This document shows positions 29,477 to 39,794 of a stretch of 64,000 bases of DNA, piece by piece. The stretch covers positions 12,288 to 76,287 of the forward strand of contig CAZHYS010000002.1 of assembly GCA_964536975.1 (NCBI GenBank), in the 5' to 3' direction. Source of the DNA: an uncultured Gammaproteobacteria bacterium (lineage in GTDB: Bacteria > Patescibacteriota > Patescibacteriia > 2-01-FULL-39-33). Every line of letters starts with the position of its first letter. The stretch's first letter is position 1. Under the pieces are notes generated by a model. The model searched no databases. It had not been told where the DNA came from and worked only from the letters and a program-made list of their open reading frames with translations. The position numbers and the translations under genes are program-made.

Positions 29477-29978
29477 AGACGAGGCATGCCTCGTCTCTAC
29501 AAAATAACATGAAAGGAGTTGGAATAATGAACCAAGGAGGCCATAAAATGTGGTGGGAATCGGCCGCATCCGAGCCGACCAAAAAACCGGCGACATTCCA
29601 TCACGCCGGTTAGTCCATAATAAGCGCGGGGAGGGAGCGACACGCGTCACCCCTTCCCCATCAACCACAAACTTCATTTTTAATTTTTATTATAGTGTAT
29701 TTTTCCTGCCGCACTGAAAAATTTGGAATAAGCGAAAGGCAAAATGTCCGCCGCGGCGGACAAAATTTTTATTGTTTGAGTCCGTCCGCCGCGGCGGACG
29801 GACAAGTTTAAAAATTTTGTTAGAATTTTGCCTGGAGTGCCAAATTTTTCAACTGCGGCGACTTTTTGCGCTACTTTTTCCTAGAAAAAGTGGCAAAAAA
29901 ATAATTTTGCAAACAACCAAAAATCCCGTCCCAAGTGTTCGGGACGGGATTTTTGGTTTATTAAGCTGAAAATTAAAA

Positions 29979-30395
29979 TTAACGTTTGCTCCACTGCGGG
30001 GCGCGCCGGGCGCGTCTCAAACCAGGCTTCTTTCTTTCCTTGACTCTCGGATCGCGTTTCAAAAATCCTTCTGCCTTTAGCACCGGCCGCAAAGTTTCAT
30101 CCAAAGCGATGAGCGCTCTGGCAATGCCATGCCGGCAAGCTTCGGCTTGCGCCACCACTCCCCCGCCTTTGACCATTATCTCCACGTCAACGGCTTTGAG
30201 CTTATCGGTAATCCGCAAAGCATCCTGGCAAATATCCTGAAATCTCTTGAGCGGAAAATATTCAACAATCTTCTTGCCGTTGACCGAATACTCGCCCTTG
30301 CCCTTGGGCCAAAGCTTGACCCGAGCCAAAGCGGTCTTTCTGGCGCCGCGCGCGTAGATATATTTGTCTTTTCTGGTTTTATTATCTTGTTCCAT
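29979..30395 (-). CDS. rpsI: 30S ribosomal protein S9
   Basis: The C-terminus GGGVVAQAEACRHGIARAL...KKPGLRRARRAPQWSKR. Confidence 0.9.
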   Translation of the reverse strand: MEQDNKTRKDKYIYARGARKTALARVKLWPKGKGEYSVNGKKIVEYFPLKRFQDICQDALRITDKLKAVDVEIMVKGGGVVAQAEACRHGIARALIALDETLRPVLKAEGFLKRDPRVKERKKPGLRRARRAPQWSKR

Positions 30396-30397
30396 AA

Positions 30398-30766
30398 TTA
30401 TTTTATTGTAAGTCTTTTGATCATTTCATCGCGAAGCTTGTTTTTCGGCAACATGCCATAAACTGCCCGCCGCAATATTTCGCCCGGATTTTTGGCAAAT
30501 ACTTCAGACATCTTTTTGCTCTTTAAGCCGCCCGGATAATTGCTATGCCAAATATATTCTTTTTTGGCCAATTTGCCGCCGGTAAATTTCATTTTATCGC
30601 AATTAACGACTTCTACCTTGTCGCCGGCGTCAATGTGCGGCTCAAACGACGGCTTATTTTTGCCGCGCAACAAAATGACGATTTCCGTCGCCAAACGACC
30701 CGCCGGCCGCCCGGTCGCGTCCAACTGATGAACTTTCCGATCAATTTTATTTGCTATTTTTTTCAT
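30398..30766 (-). CDS. rplM: 50S ribosomal protein L13
   Basis: 122 aa matching L13. Confidence 0.85.
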   Translation of the reverse strand: MKKIANKIDRKVHQLDATGRPAGRLATEIVILLRGKNKPSFEPHIDAGDKVEVVNCDKMKFTGGKLAKKEYIWHSNYPGGLKSKKMSEVFAKNPGEILRRAVYGMLPKNKLRDEMIKRLTIK

Positions 30767-30770
30767 AAGA

Positions 30771-31130
30771 TTATGCTTTGTCCACTAATTCCAATATTGC
30801 CATCTCCGCGCCGTCGTTTTTCCGCGGAGCGATTTTGACGATACGAGTATAGCCGCCTTGGCGCTCCTGAAACCGCGGCCCCAATACTTCAAATAATTTT
30901 TTGACAGCCGTCTGCAAATAAAGCTCTTTCAATGCCTGTCGGCGATTGTGCAAAGTGTCTTTCTTGGCCAAGGTAATGAGCCGCTCCACCTGGGGTCGCA
31001 ACAATTTGGCCTTGGCTTTGGTAGTTTTCACTTTTTCATAAACAACAAAACTGGTCGCCAAATTGCGGAACATCGCTTTGCGCGGCGCTGCCTTTCTGCC
31101 TAAAGTTTTTCCTTTTTTCTGATGTCTCAT
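30771..31130 (-). CDS. rplQ: 50S ribosomal protein L17
   Basis: 119 aa matching L17. Confidence 0.9.
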   Translation of the reverse strand: MRHQKKGKTLGRKAAPRKAMFRNLATSFVVYEKVKTTKAKAKLLRPQVERLITLAKKDTLHNRRQALKELYLQTAVKKLFEVLGPRFQERQGGYTRIVKIAPRKNDGAEMAILELVDKA

Positions 31131-31160
31131 ATATGCTTGACTTTACTTGCAAAATATTAA

Positions 31161-32042
31161 TTATTCTTCGGTCTCGGTCTTTTTGGGCCGGCCTCTTTTC
31201 TTCGGCTTGTCTTCTCCCTCCGGCTCGTCTGCTATTTCTTCTTCTTCGGATTCCCGGACTTCTTTCTTTAACGCTTCAATCAGTTCTTCCTGCGGCTTTT
31301 CCGGCATAATCACCGGCGCTTCCACATCCACTTCCGCGATTTCTTCCCGTCCGCCTTCCATTAGCCACGAAAATTGATTGACCAGAATCTCGGCCGCTTT
31401 CTGGATCGCTGATTCCGGATCAATCGTGCCATCGGTTTCTATATTTAAAATCAATTTGTCATAATCCACTTTCTGGCCCACGCGAGTCGCGCCCACTTCC
31501 ACGCCGACATTAACTACCGGCGTAAATATGGAATCCACCAGCATCAAGCCGATTTCCCCTTTTTCCTTGCTTTCTTCCCGTTCTTCCACCGGCACGTAAC
31601 CGATGCCCTTGGCAACAGTAATATCCATTTCCAATTCCGAATTCTTATCGTTTAAAGTGGCAATAACCTGATTTTTGTTGATTACCTCAGCATCAGACGA
31701 CGCCTCAATGTCCGCGCCAGTCACTTCCTTCTCGCCCTTGGCTTTCAATTTGAGTGTCACCGGTTCATCGGTGTGCACTTTGATTCTCAATTTTTTCAAA
31801 TTCAAAACGATATTGACGACATCCTCACTGACATTATCAATCGTGCTGAATTCGTGCTGAACGCCTTTGATTTTGACAGCTGTCACTGCGCCGCCCGGCA
31901 AAGACGACAACAGCACCCGCCGCAACGCATTGCCCAGCGTCAAGCCGTATCCGGGAAAACAGGGCTCAATAATCACCTTGGCTTTTTTGCCCTTCTCTTC
32001 TTCCTCAACGATGAATTTTTTGGGTAAGGAAATGTGTTTCAT
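31161..32042 (-). CDS. rpoA: RNA polymerase alpha subunit with an atypical C-terminus
   Basis: The NTD is conserved. The C-terminus is an acidic linker ending in KKRGRPKK instead of the HhH alpha-CTD. Confidence 0.8.
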   Translation of the reverse strand: MKHISLPKKFIVEEEEKGKKAKVIIEPCFPGYGLTLGNALRRVLLSSLPGGAVTAVKIKGVQHEFSTIDNVSEDVVNIVLNLKKLRIKVHTDEPVTLKLKAKGEKEVTGADIEASSDAEVINKNQVIATLNDKNSELEMDITVAKGIGYVPVEEREESKEKGEIGLMLVDSIFTPVVNVGVEVGATRVGQKVDYDKLILNIETDGTIDPESAIQKAAEILVNQFSWLMEGGREEIAEVDVEAPVIMPEKPQEELIEALKKEVRESEEEEIADEPEGEDKPKKRGRPKKTETEE

Positions 32043-32093
32043 AATTTTTTTCCTCCTAGTTTATTTAAGGGGTTAAAGTTAAATCAAATATGA

Positions 32094-32720
32094 TTACTTG
32101 GAATAGAACTCGATGATAACGCGCCAATCAATGTTGCGTTCCACGTTATCCAAAGCCGGCTTACCAGTCACCTTGCCTTTTAGCTCTTTGGCATCAACAC
32201 TAAGCCAAACGACAGTTTCCTTCTTGGCCAAGGTTTCCGCCAAATTGGCAAACAGCGGCGATTTGGCGCTGGCCGGATCAAGGGAAATAATATCGCCGAC
32301 TCTGACCTGAAATGACGGAATATCAGTCTTCTGACCATTGACCAAAAAATGAGCATGACTGACCAGCTGTCTGGCTTGGCGCCGAGACGCGGCAAATCCC
32401 AAGCGATAAACAGTGTTATCAAGCCGATTTTCCAAAAATCCGAACAAAATTTCGGCGGTATTGCCAATTTTGGTCAAAGCTTTATCAAAATAATTTCTAA
32501 ACTGTTTTTCTCTGATGCCATAAACCCGCTTGGCCTTCTGTTTTTCCATCAATTGCCGGCCATAATTGGTCAATTTGCCAAAACCTTTGGCGCCATGAGC
32601 GCCCGGCGGAAAATTGCGGCTGATCATCGGGCATTTCGGAGAGTTGCATTTTTCACCTTTGAGAAAAAGTTTCTCGCCGGCCCGGCGGCATTTTTTACAT
32701 TGTTTGTCTACTGCTGACAT
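32094..32720 (-). CDS. rpsD: 30S ribosomal protein S4; start taken at MSAVDKQCKKC
   Basis: An N-terminal zinc motif CKKCRR...CNSPKC and the S4 body. Confidence 0.9.
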   Translation of the reverse strand: MSAVDKQCKKCRRAGEKLFLKGEKCNSPKCPMISRNFPPGAHGAKGFGKLTNYGRQLMEKQKAKRVYGIREKQFRNYFDKALTKIGNTAEILFGFLENRLDNTVYRLGFAASRRQARQLVSHAHFLVNGQKTDIPSFQVRVGDIISLDPASAKSPLFANLAETLAKKETVVWLSVDAKELKGKVTGKPALDNVERNIDWRVIIEFYSK

Positions 32721-32745
32721 GGTATTTTGCTTTTGGTTAATTTTA

Positions 32746-33228
32746 TTAGACTCGTCTCGGTTTGGGCGCGCGGCAACCATTATGCGGAATCGGCGTCACA
32801 TCTTTGATGGAGCTGACGTTGAGGCCATTAGCATTAAGCGCTCTAATCGCGGCTTCGCGACCGCCGCCGATACCTTTGACAAAAACCGATACTTCTTTCA
32901 AATTGTGCTTTTTGACTTTTTCGCAGGCATCTTTGACGATTATTGTCGCGGCGTACGGAGTGGCCTTTTTCGGACCCTTAAAACCGCATTGGCCGGCCGA
33001 AGCCCATGACAAAACATTGCCATTCTGATCGGTCAAGGTGACAATGGTATTATTGTAAGTCACTTTGATATAAGCGCGACCGGAGCTGACTTGCCTAGCC
33101 AAGCCCTTTTTGGCGCCTTTTCGTCTGATCTTTGACGCGCCCGCTGTTTTTTTCGCGGACTTATCAGCCGAATCAGCCGGCTGCGGAGCCGGATTCTGTT
33201 CTTCAATTTTTTTTGCTTCTTCTGACAT
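32746..33228 (-). CDS. rpsK: 30S ribosomal protein S11 with an N-terminal K-rich extension
   Basis: The C-terminus [16 protein letters not shown]. Confidence 0.9.
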   Translation of the reverse strand: MSEEAKKIEEQNPAPQPADSADKSAKKTAGASKIRRKGAKKGLARQVSSGRAYIKVTYNNTIVTLTDQNGNVLSWASAGQCGFKGPKKATPYAATIIVKDACEKVKKHNLKEVSVFVKGIGGGREAAIRALNANGLNVSSIKDVTPIPHNGCRAPKPRRV

Positions 33229-33251
33229 TTATTTGAAAGCTAAATTAATTT

Positions 33252-33644
33252 TTAGGTCTTTTGGGCGGCGTCTTTGCGACCGGAACCCATGGTCTTTCTG
33301 ACATTGCCGCGAACAGTACGGTTATTGGTTTTGGTGCGCTGCCCGCGGGCCGGCAAATTTTTGGCATGGCGGGTGCCGCGGTAGCACTTGATTTCTTTGA
33401 GTCGCTTGATATTACCGATTACCTCCCGTCGCAAATCGCCTTCTACGCGATAATTCTTTTCCACAATAGTACGCAAAGCATTGGCCTGATCCTCAGTCAA
33501 ATCCTTGACCCGGATATCCGGGCTAACTTTGGCCTTGGCCAAAATTTCGTTGGATAATTTGCGACCAATGCCCAAAATATAGGTCAAACCGATCTCTATT
33601 CTTTTTTCATTGGGTAATATTGTGCCTGCTATTCTTACTGCCAT
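33252..33644 (-). CDS. rpsM: 30S ribosomal protein S13
   Basis: 130 aa matching S13. Confidence 0.9.
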   Translation of the reverse strand: MAVRIAGTILPNEKRIEIGLTYILGIGRKLSNEILAKAKVSPDIRVKDLTEDQANALRTIVEKNYRVEGDLRREVIGNIKRLKEIKCYRGTRHAKNLPARGQRTKTNNRTVRGNVRKTMGSGRKDAAQKT

Positions 33645-33744
33645 AATACTTATTAGCTTGTTAGCTGATTAGCTATTTAGCTTATTAGCTTGTTAATTTT
33701 AATTAATTCCAATCAAACTCCAATCAAACAGCCGATTTGTTTGG

Positions 33745-33858
33745 TTAGCCTTGGCGTTGTTTGTGTTTGGGATTTTTGCAAATAACCACCAATCTTTTTT
33801 TACGGCGAACGACTTGGCAATCTTTGCAGATTTTTTTGACGGATGAACGGACTTTCAT
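33745..33858 (-). CDS. rpmJ: 50S ribosomal protein L36
   Basis: My own translation gives [37 protein letters not shown]. The gene is too short to appear in the ORF track. Confidence 0.85.
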   Translation of the reverse strand: MKVRSSVKKICKDCQVVRRKKRLVVICKNPKHKQRQG

Positions 33859-33862
33859 TTTT

Positions 33863-34102
33863 TTAATAGCGATAAGTTATTCTTCCTCTGGTCAGATCGT
33901 ATGGTGTCATCTGGACTTTAACGCGATCGCCCGGCAAAATCCGAATGTTGAACATTCGCATCTTCCCCGACAAATGAGCCAAAATCTCATGGCCGCTATC
34001 CAGTTTGACCTTGAAACTGGCGGCCGGCAACAGTTCGACAATCTCCCCGTCTACCTCAAGAAAATCCTTGGAAGCCGGGGTGTTGTTTTGGTTTTTGGAC
34101 AT
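33863..34102 (-). CDS. infA: Translation initiation factor IF-1
   Basis: 79 aa with an S1-like fold sequence. Confidence 0.9.
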   Translation of the reverse strand: MSKNQNNTPASKDFLEVDGEIVELLPAASFKVKLDSGHEILAHLSGKMRMFNIRILPGDRVKVQMTPYDLTRGRITYRY

Positions 34103-34447
34103 TAAAATTTATCAATTTAGACAGTTATCCCCAATTTGAGGATAAATAAAATTCATGGCAACCGTTTTTGTACCCGTCGGTTAGCCAGGATTTTAGCTGA
34201 AATAAGCTAAATTTTGTCTGTTTTTTCACTAAATCTATTATAGCAGATTTAATGTGTTTGTCAATAACATTGTCAGTTTAGCGGAAAAAATCTAACAAGT
34301 CAAGGGAAAATTACAAAACATAAAACACATAACATGGAACATTGGGGCATTGTAGAGACGCGATTAATCGCGTCTCTGGAACTCGGCAACAATACAAAAC
34401 ACGCCCGGAACACGACTGCTCCGGGCGATAATGTGTGGGGTAAAATG

Positions 34448-34774
34448 CTACACCGGCTGATAGTGACGTTTCTTGGCCGCAGCCTTGTGATAAGCGGCCA
34501 CCATGCCGCTAACCGCCTTTTTCATTTCAACCAGCGAATCAAAGGAATAATCAGAGTCGCCCCGGAAATCTTTGAAACCGCGCTCCGCGATCGCGTCACG
34601 AACATCGTTATCTTTCTCCGTCTGCAAGGTCATGTCTGACGCGAAATTCATAAACGCCGGAATGCCATTGGGTTGAGAGAAGTAAAAATCCCCCGTTTGC
34701 GGATTAACCGCCAAAAGCTGCATATCTCCTGTCCTCATTGCCTTCTCCTTCCTTCCTTGTTTTGCTTTTACCAA
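34448..34774 (-). CDS. Hypothetical protein
   Basis: A 108-aa ORF. An R2 hairpin lies downstream of its stop codon. Confidence 0.3.
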   Translation of the reverse strand: MVKAKQGRKEKAMRTGDMQLLAVNPQTGDFYFSQPNGIPAFMNFASDMTLQTEKDNDVRDAIAERGFKDFRGDSDYSFDSLVEMKKAVSGMVAAYHKAAAKKRHYQPV

Positions 34775-35080
34775 CCAACCATTATTATAAATTATTTTTC
34801 AGAAAGTGTCAACATAGATCAATATAAAAAATTTCAGCCGCTCGAGACATAGTTTCGAGCGGCTGTTTGAGTTTGGGTATATTGTCAGGCCCTACCCAAG
34901 GGGCCTAAGCGCTCCCGTTGCAACAATGAGCGGTCCGCGGAACAAAGAACCTCCGCATTGCCATCCCTCCTTTCTTTCCTTTAATTCCGACTATTTTAGT
35001 CGGTTTTATTATTATATAAAAGAAAAATCGGCTTGTCAAGAGCTTACTGCGATATTGCGATTACTATAAAATTTATCACC

Positions 35081-35109
35081 TTGACAAATGATCTTTTTTT
35101 TGCTAAAAT
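35081..35109 (+). promoter_or_regulatory. rnpB promoter: TTGACA, 17-nt spacer, TAAAAT
   Basis: It lies directly upstream of the RNase P RNA 5' end. Confidence 0.5.
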
Positions 35110-35116
35110 TCAATCG

Positions 35117-35524
35117 TCCAAACAAGCTGGATGACTGCCCGGGCTCAACCTAAAAAATTAAGCGCGGGAGGAAAGTCCGAACACCCTTTCCGAGCAATCG
35201 GAATGTCATGGCAATGGCTAACGGCCATCCGTTCCGCCGCGAGACGGAATGAGGACCAGTTCCACAGAGACAATACTATCCCGAATCTTTCGGGACAAAG
35301 GTGAAAAGTGTGAAGGTGTTTTAAATTGGGTCAGAGATATCTCCTCAACTTAAAGCTGCTTCACTCGGCCTCTGGCAACAGAGTGCCCGTGGTAAACTCT
35401 GCCTGGTGCAACCCCAAATACAGTCGGGGGCTTGAGCCGGCCAGTAATGACCGGCCCAGATAGATAGTCATCGCTTTGCTCTTATGGCAAAGAACAGAAT
35501 TCGGCTTACAAGCTTGTTGGGACG
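35117..35524 (+). ncRNA. rnpB: RNase P RNA, bacterial type A
   Basis: The P4 strands GGAAAGTCCGAAC and ACAGAATTCGGCTTA are present. The segments GTGCCCGTGGTAAACTCTGCC and GCTTGAGCCGGCC align to E. coli M1 RNA. The P1 ends are complementary and a terminator follows at 35524-35572. Confidence 0.85.
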
Positions 35525-35627
35525 ACAAAAAATCCATCCTTTCCGAATCTTCGGCGAGAATGGATTTTTTGATTGACTTTTTTGAAACAAAAAGCGAGAG
35601 TAAGAACCCCAAAACATTCTCCCCTGT

Positions 35628-36023
35628 TTAAGTCGCTTCATCAATTGCCTCATTAACTAGCCGATCTGCCTCCTTGTTGCTTTCCCGAAAAATATGTTTG
35701 AATGATATTTTTTCAAAACCCTGCGCCAGATTCCAAACTTTGACAAATAACGGCGCGATGCCTTCATTTTTGACTTTATATTCCCGATTCAACTGCTTTA
35801 CCACTAATTCCGAATCAAGCAAGCATTCCACTTCGGTCGCGCCAGCCGCTTTGGCTTTTTCCAAGCCCAAGATGAGCGCCTGGTATTCCGCCTGATTATT
35901 GGTAGCCTCGCCGATATATTTTTTGAATTGTTCTTTCCTGCCGTCAATCTCCAAAACAACGCCAATGCCGGCCGGCCCGGGATTGCCTCGCGCTCCTCCG
36001 TCAGTATGTAAAATCGTTTTCAT
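35628..36023 (-). CDS. rnhA: Ribonuclease HI
   Basis: 131 aa with HTDGGARGNPGPAGIG. Confidence 0.85.
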   Translation of the reverse strand: MKTILHTDGGARGNPGPAGIGVVLEIDGRKEQFKKYIGEATNNQAEYQALILGLEKAKAAGATEVECLLDSELVVKQLNREYKVKNEGIAPLFVKVWNLAQGFEKISFKHIFRESNKEADRLVNEAIDEAT

Positions 36024-36094
36024 AATTTTTATAAAATTTCTAATTTTAATCTCATCTTTCCCATCTCGCTACCGGTTACTCGTTACTGGTTACT

Positions 36095-37834
36095 TTATTC
36101 GCTCAACCTCAAATCCACAATCTTCAACTGCAATTCCCTGTTCCCATTCCACTCATTTACTCCCAAATCAAACACCACATCTATCTTATCGCCTGATTTC
36201 AGTTTAGCACACCAACCGCCAAAGGAAAAACCGATTAGCTTATGGATATCCGGGCTGGATTCTTGGCTGGCCAACACCCGCAAATGCCGGCCGTCAGCGC
36301 CAACGACCTGCGCGCTTTCCACTATAAGCCCCGAAACGCAAAACAACGGTTTGGGATTGCCCTCGCCAAACGGCTCAAATTTCTCCAGTTCTTCCCAAAG
36401 ATCCCAGTTGATATCTTTTAATTCCACTTCCGCCTCCACCTCCAATAGCGACCGCAAATCAACGCCAGCCAGCTGCTTCTCGGCCAATTCATCCAACCGG
36501 GTTTTGAACTTTTGAAAATTATCATCGCCAATGACAGTAAATCCGCAAGCCTGGCTATGTCCGCCGAATCGCTGTAGAAATTCCGCGACCTCGCCAAGCG
36601 CGGCGGTAATATTGAATTCTTCAATACTCCGCCCCGAACCGACATATTTATCGCCAGCGCGGGAAATTACCAAAGCCGGCCGATGATATTTATCGGCCAA
36701 TCTCCCGGCCACCAATCCGACAATGCCGCCGGGCCAATTGTCCCCCACCACCCACAACATCTTTTTCTTTTCCAATTCCGGCTCAACTTGGCTTTCCGCT
36801 TCTTTTAGCAGTTCCACGGTGATTTGCTGGCGTTCCCGGTTATTGTTCTCCAAAATTTCCACCAGCCTTTCCGCTTCCGCCTCTGATCGGGAATTTAGCA
36901 AATTGAAAGCGACCGAAGCATGATCCACCCGTCCAGCGGCGTTTATCCGCGGCACCACTCGCCAGCCGAGATATTGCGTATCAATGCCGGCGGCAGTATT
37001 GTTTATTTTCGCCATCATTTTTTTGAGTCCCAACCGCTTGGTTTTTTTGAGTACCACCAGTCCGTACTTCACCAGCACCCGATTTTCACCCAGCAGATCG
37101 CAAATATCCCCTACGGTCGCGATTGCCGTCAAATCCAACAGCCACTTGTCAAATCCGGCCGGCAATTTCAGCGGCAGATCATCCTTGTTCTGCCGGATGA
37201 TCATCGCTTGCGCCAATTTGAAAGCGACGCCCGCGCCAGACAACCCCGAAAAGGGGTAGCCCGAGTCCTTAACTGACGGATTGATTATCGCCAGCGCCGG
37301 CGGCAATTTTTCCGGCTCCTGGTGATGATCGGTAACAATGACATCCACGCCGGCTTCATTGAAAATCTCTATTTCTTCCCAATTGGAGATGCCGCAGTCA
37401 ACCGTCACCACCAATTGAAAACCTTGTTTGATTATCTGCCGGGCTATTTCTTTATTGAGGCCATACCCTTCCGTCTCGCGAAAAGGAATATAAATATCGG
37501 TATCCAGCCCCAGACTCCGGAAAGTCTGGTATAAGATCGTTGACGCACAGACGCCGTCGGCGTCATAGTCGCCATAAACCATCACTTTTTGCTTTTTTGC
37601 CACCGCGGCAAAAATCCTGTCCACGGCTTTATTCATATCCTTGAACAAAAACGGATCCAAAACCTGTTCGTCATAATTTGGATTCAAAAAATCGTCAATT
37701 GCTTTTTTGTCCTTTAGTCCCCGATTAAAAAGCAACTGGACAATAATGTTGTTCATCTCCGGAAACCGCTCGCTGTCGGCCGGAGTCATTTTTGGCAATA
37801 GCTGCCACCTTTTTTCCATAAAAAATTTTGACAA
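36095..37834 (-). CDS. recJ: Single-stranded-DNA-specific exonuclease RecJ
   Basis: DHH-family motifs GDYDADGVCAS and DHH. Confidence 0.85.
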   Translation of the reverse strand: MSKFFMEKRWQLLPKMTPADSERFPEMNNIIVQLLFNRGLKDKKAIDDFLNPNYDEQVLDPFLFKDMNKAVDRIFAAVAKKQKVMVYGDYDADGVCASTILYQTFRSLGLDTDIYIPFRETEGYGLNKEIARQIIKQGFQLVVTVDCGISNWEEIEIFNEAGVDVIVTDHHQEPEKLPPALAIINPSVKDSGYPFSGLSGAGVAFKLAQAMIIRQNKDDLPLKLPAGFDKWLLDLTAIATVGDICDLLGENRVLVKYGLVVLKKTKRLGLKKMMAKINNTAAGIDTQYLGWRVVPRINAAGRVDHASVAFNLLNSRSEAEAERLVEILENNNRERQQITVELLKEAESQVEPELEKKKMLWVVGDNWPGGIVGLVAGRLADKYHRPALVISRAGDKYVGSGRSIEEFNITAALGEVAEFLQRFGGHSQACGFTVIGDDNFQKFKTRLDELAEKQLAGVDLRSLLEVEAEVELKDINWDLWEELEKFEPFGEGNPKPLFCVSGLIVESAQVVGADGRHLRVLASQESSPDIHKLIGFSFGGWCAKLKSGDKIDVVFDLGVNEWNGNRELQLKIVDLRLSE

Positions 37835-38015
37835 ATTTCCGTCGTCAAGGTATTATTTCAAATATGAACAAATCCAAACGAAAAAATATTCTCAAAAACA
37901 CCTGGGCGATCATCGTCGTTATCATGATCCTGTCGATGGTCTTTTTTACAGTCATGCCGTTTTTCTATTAGACCGGCAAGTCGTCCAAAAAATCACAATA
38001 ATCCGCCGCGGCGGA

Positions 38016-39794
38016 TTATTTTTTTAATACCGCCAAGAAGGCGTCAGTCGGTATATCCACCTTGCCCATGCTCATCATTTTTTTCTTGCCTTTTTTCTGC
38101 TTTTCCAGCAATTTGGCGCGCCGGCTCCAGTCGCCGCCATAAAGCTTAGCTGTCACATCTTTTCGCAAAGCCGAAATCCGTTCAGCCGCGACCACCTTGC
38201 CGCCAATCGCCGCCTGGATTTTCAGGACGAACTGCTGGCGCGGCAGCTCTTCCTTCAAGATTGAAACAATCCGTTTGCCGACCTGATGAGCAGTGTCTTT
38301 GTAAGTGATAATGGACAAGGCGTCCACCTTTTCTTCTGCCACCAGGATCTCCATTTTGACCACTTCCGTCGGCTGATGGCCGTAAAAATCATAATTCAAG
38401 CTGGCATAGCCGGCGGAAATTGATTTGAGCTTGTCATAAAAATCAACGATCAATTGGGTCAAAGGAATGTAATAATGCAAAATCGCCACATCAGCGTCCA
38501 GGTATTCGGTGTTGATATATTCGCCTCGCTTTTCGGTCGCCAGCTGCATAATCCCGCCTATATAGCGTTGGGGCGTAAAAATATCCACTTTCATGATCGG
38601 CTCCTCAACGCGATCAATAAATGTCGGATCAGGAAAATTTATCGGATTGTACACCGTCTCCTCGCCGCCGGTTTTTAGATATACCTTGTATGCCACGCTC
38701 GGCACAGTGACAATGAGATCAAGATCAAATTCGCGCCGCAATCTTTCTTGGAAAATTTCCAAATGAAGCAGTCCCAAAAAACCGCAACGAAAGCCAAAGC
38801 CGAGCGCCTGGGAATTTTCCGGCTCATAGTTCAAAGCGGCGTCATTGAGCTTTAATTTTTCAATCGCTTCCCGCAGTTTATCAAAATCACTACCATCTTT
38901 GCAAAACACGCCAGCATAAACCATCGGCTTGACCTCTTTGTATCCCGGCAAGGGCGTGACCGGCTTATCCGCCGGCGCAATTGTATCGCCGACTTTGCAT
39001 TGGGACACCTCTCTTAAGCCGGTCACGATATAACCGACCTCGCCGGAAGAAATCGTTTTGTCTTTTATCGGCTTGGGAGTAAAATATCCCACTTCAATAG
39101 CATTGGCTCTAGCGCCGTTGGAAACGAATTTCAATTGGTCGCCTGCCGCCGCCCGCCCGGAAAAAACCCGAACATAGGCGACGACACCCTTGTATTCGTC
39201 ATAAATAGAATCAAAAATAAGCGCCTGAAAATCTCCGGCCGCGTCAAATTTCGGATCCGGCACTTTGGCGATAACCGCCCGCAAAACCTCTGGCACGCCC
39301 TCGCCGGTCTTGGCTGAAACTTTGTAAATATCTTCCGGCTGGCAACCAATAAGGCTGACGATCTCGGCAATGGTTTTTTCCGGATTGGCGTTGGGCAAAT
39401 CTATTTTGTTTATCACCGGGATGATTTCCAAATTTTGATCCAGCGCCAAATACAAATTCGCCAGGGTCTGCGCCTGAATACCCTGGGTGCAATCTACGAG
39501 CAATATCGCCCCTTCCACCGCCATTAGACTGCGGGACACTTCATAAGTAAAATCCACGTGTCCGGGCGTATCAATCAGATTGAGCTCATAGCCGTCATAA
39601 TTCATCCGAACCGGCTGGAGTTTGATGGTGATGCCACGTTCCTGCTCAATATCCATCTGATCAAGCAATTGTTCTTTCATCTCTCTCTTGCTGACCGTGC
39701 CAGTAATTTCCAGCATCCGGTCGGCCAAAGTGGACTTGCCGTGATCAATGTGGGCGATAATGCAAAAATTTCTTATTTTTCTGCTGTCAATCAT
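38016..39794 (-). CDS. lepA: Elongation factor 4
   Basis: An N-terminal GTPase domain AHIDHGKSTLADR and LepA-specific C-terminus. Confidence 0.9.
   Translation of the reverse strand: MIDSRKIRNFCIIAHIDHGKSTLADRMLEITGTVSKREMKEQLLDQMDIEQERGITIKLQPVRMNYDGYELNLIDTPGHVDFTYEVSRSLMAVEGAILLVDCTQGIQAQTLANLYLALDQNLEIIPVINKIDLPNANPEKTIAEIVSLIGCQPEDIYKVSAKTGEGVPEVLRAVIAKVPDPKFDAAGDFQALIFDSIYDEYKGVVAYVRVFSGRAAAGDQLKFVSNGARANAIEVGYFTPKPIKDKTISSGEVGYIVTGLREVSQCKVGDTIAPADKPVTPLPGYKEVKPMVYAGVFCKDGSDFDKLREAIEKLKLNDAALNYEPENSQALGFGFRCGFLGLLHLEIFQERLRREFDLDLIVTVPSVAYKVYLKTGGEETVYNPINFPDPTFIDRVEEPIMKVDIFTPQRYIGGIMQLATEKRGEYINTEYLDADVAILHYYIPLTQLIVDFYDKLKSISAGYASLNYDFYGHQPTEVVKMEILVAEEKVDALSIITYKDTAHQVGKRIVSILKEELPRQQFVLKIQAAIGGKVVAAERISALRKDVTAKLYGGDWSRRAKLLEKQKKGKKKMMSMGKVDIPTDAFLAVLKK

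Noticed and set aside
35361-35653. Minus-strand ORFs overlapping rnpB
   Set aside because: They lie inside the RNase P RNA gene.
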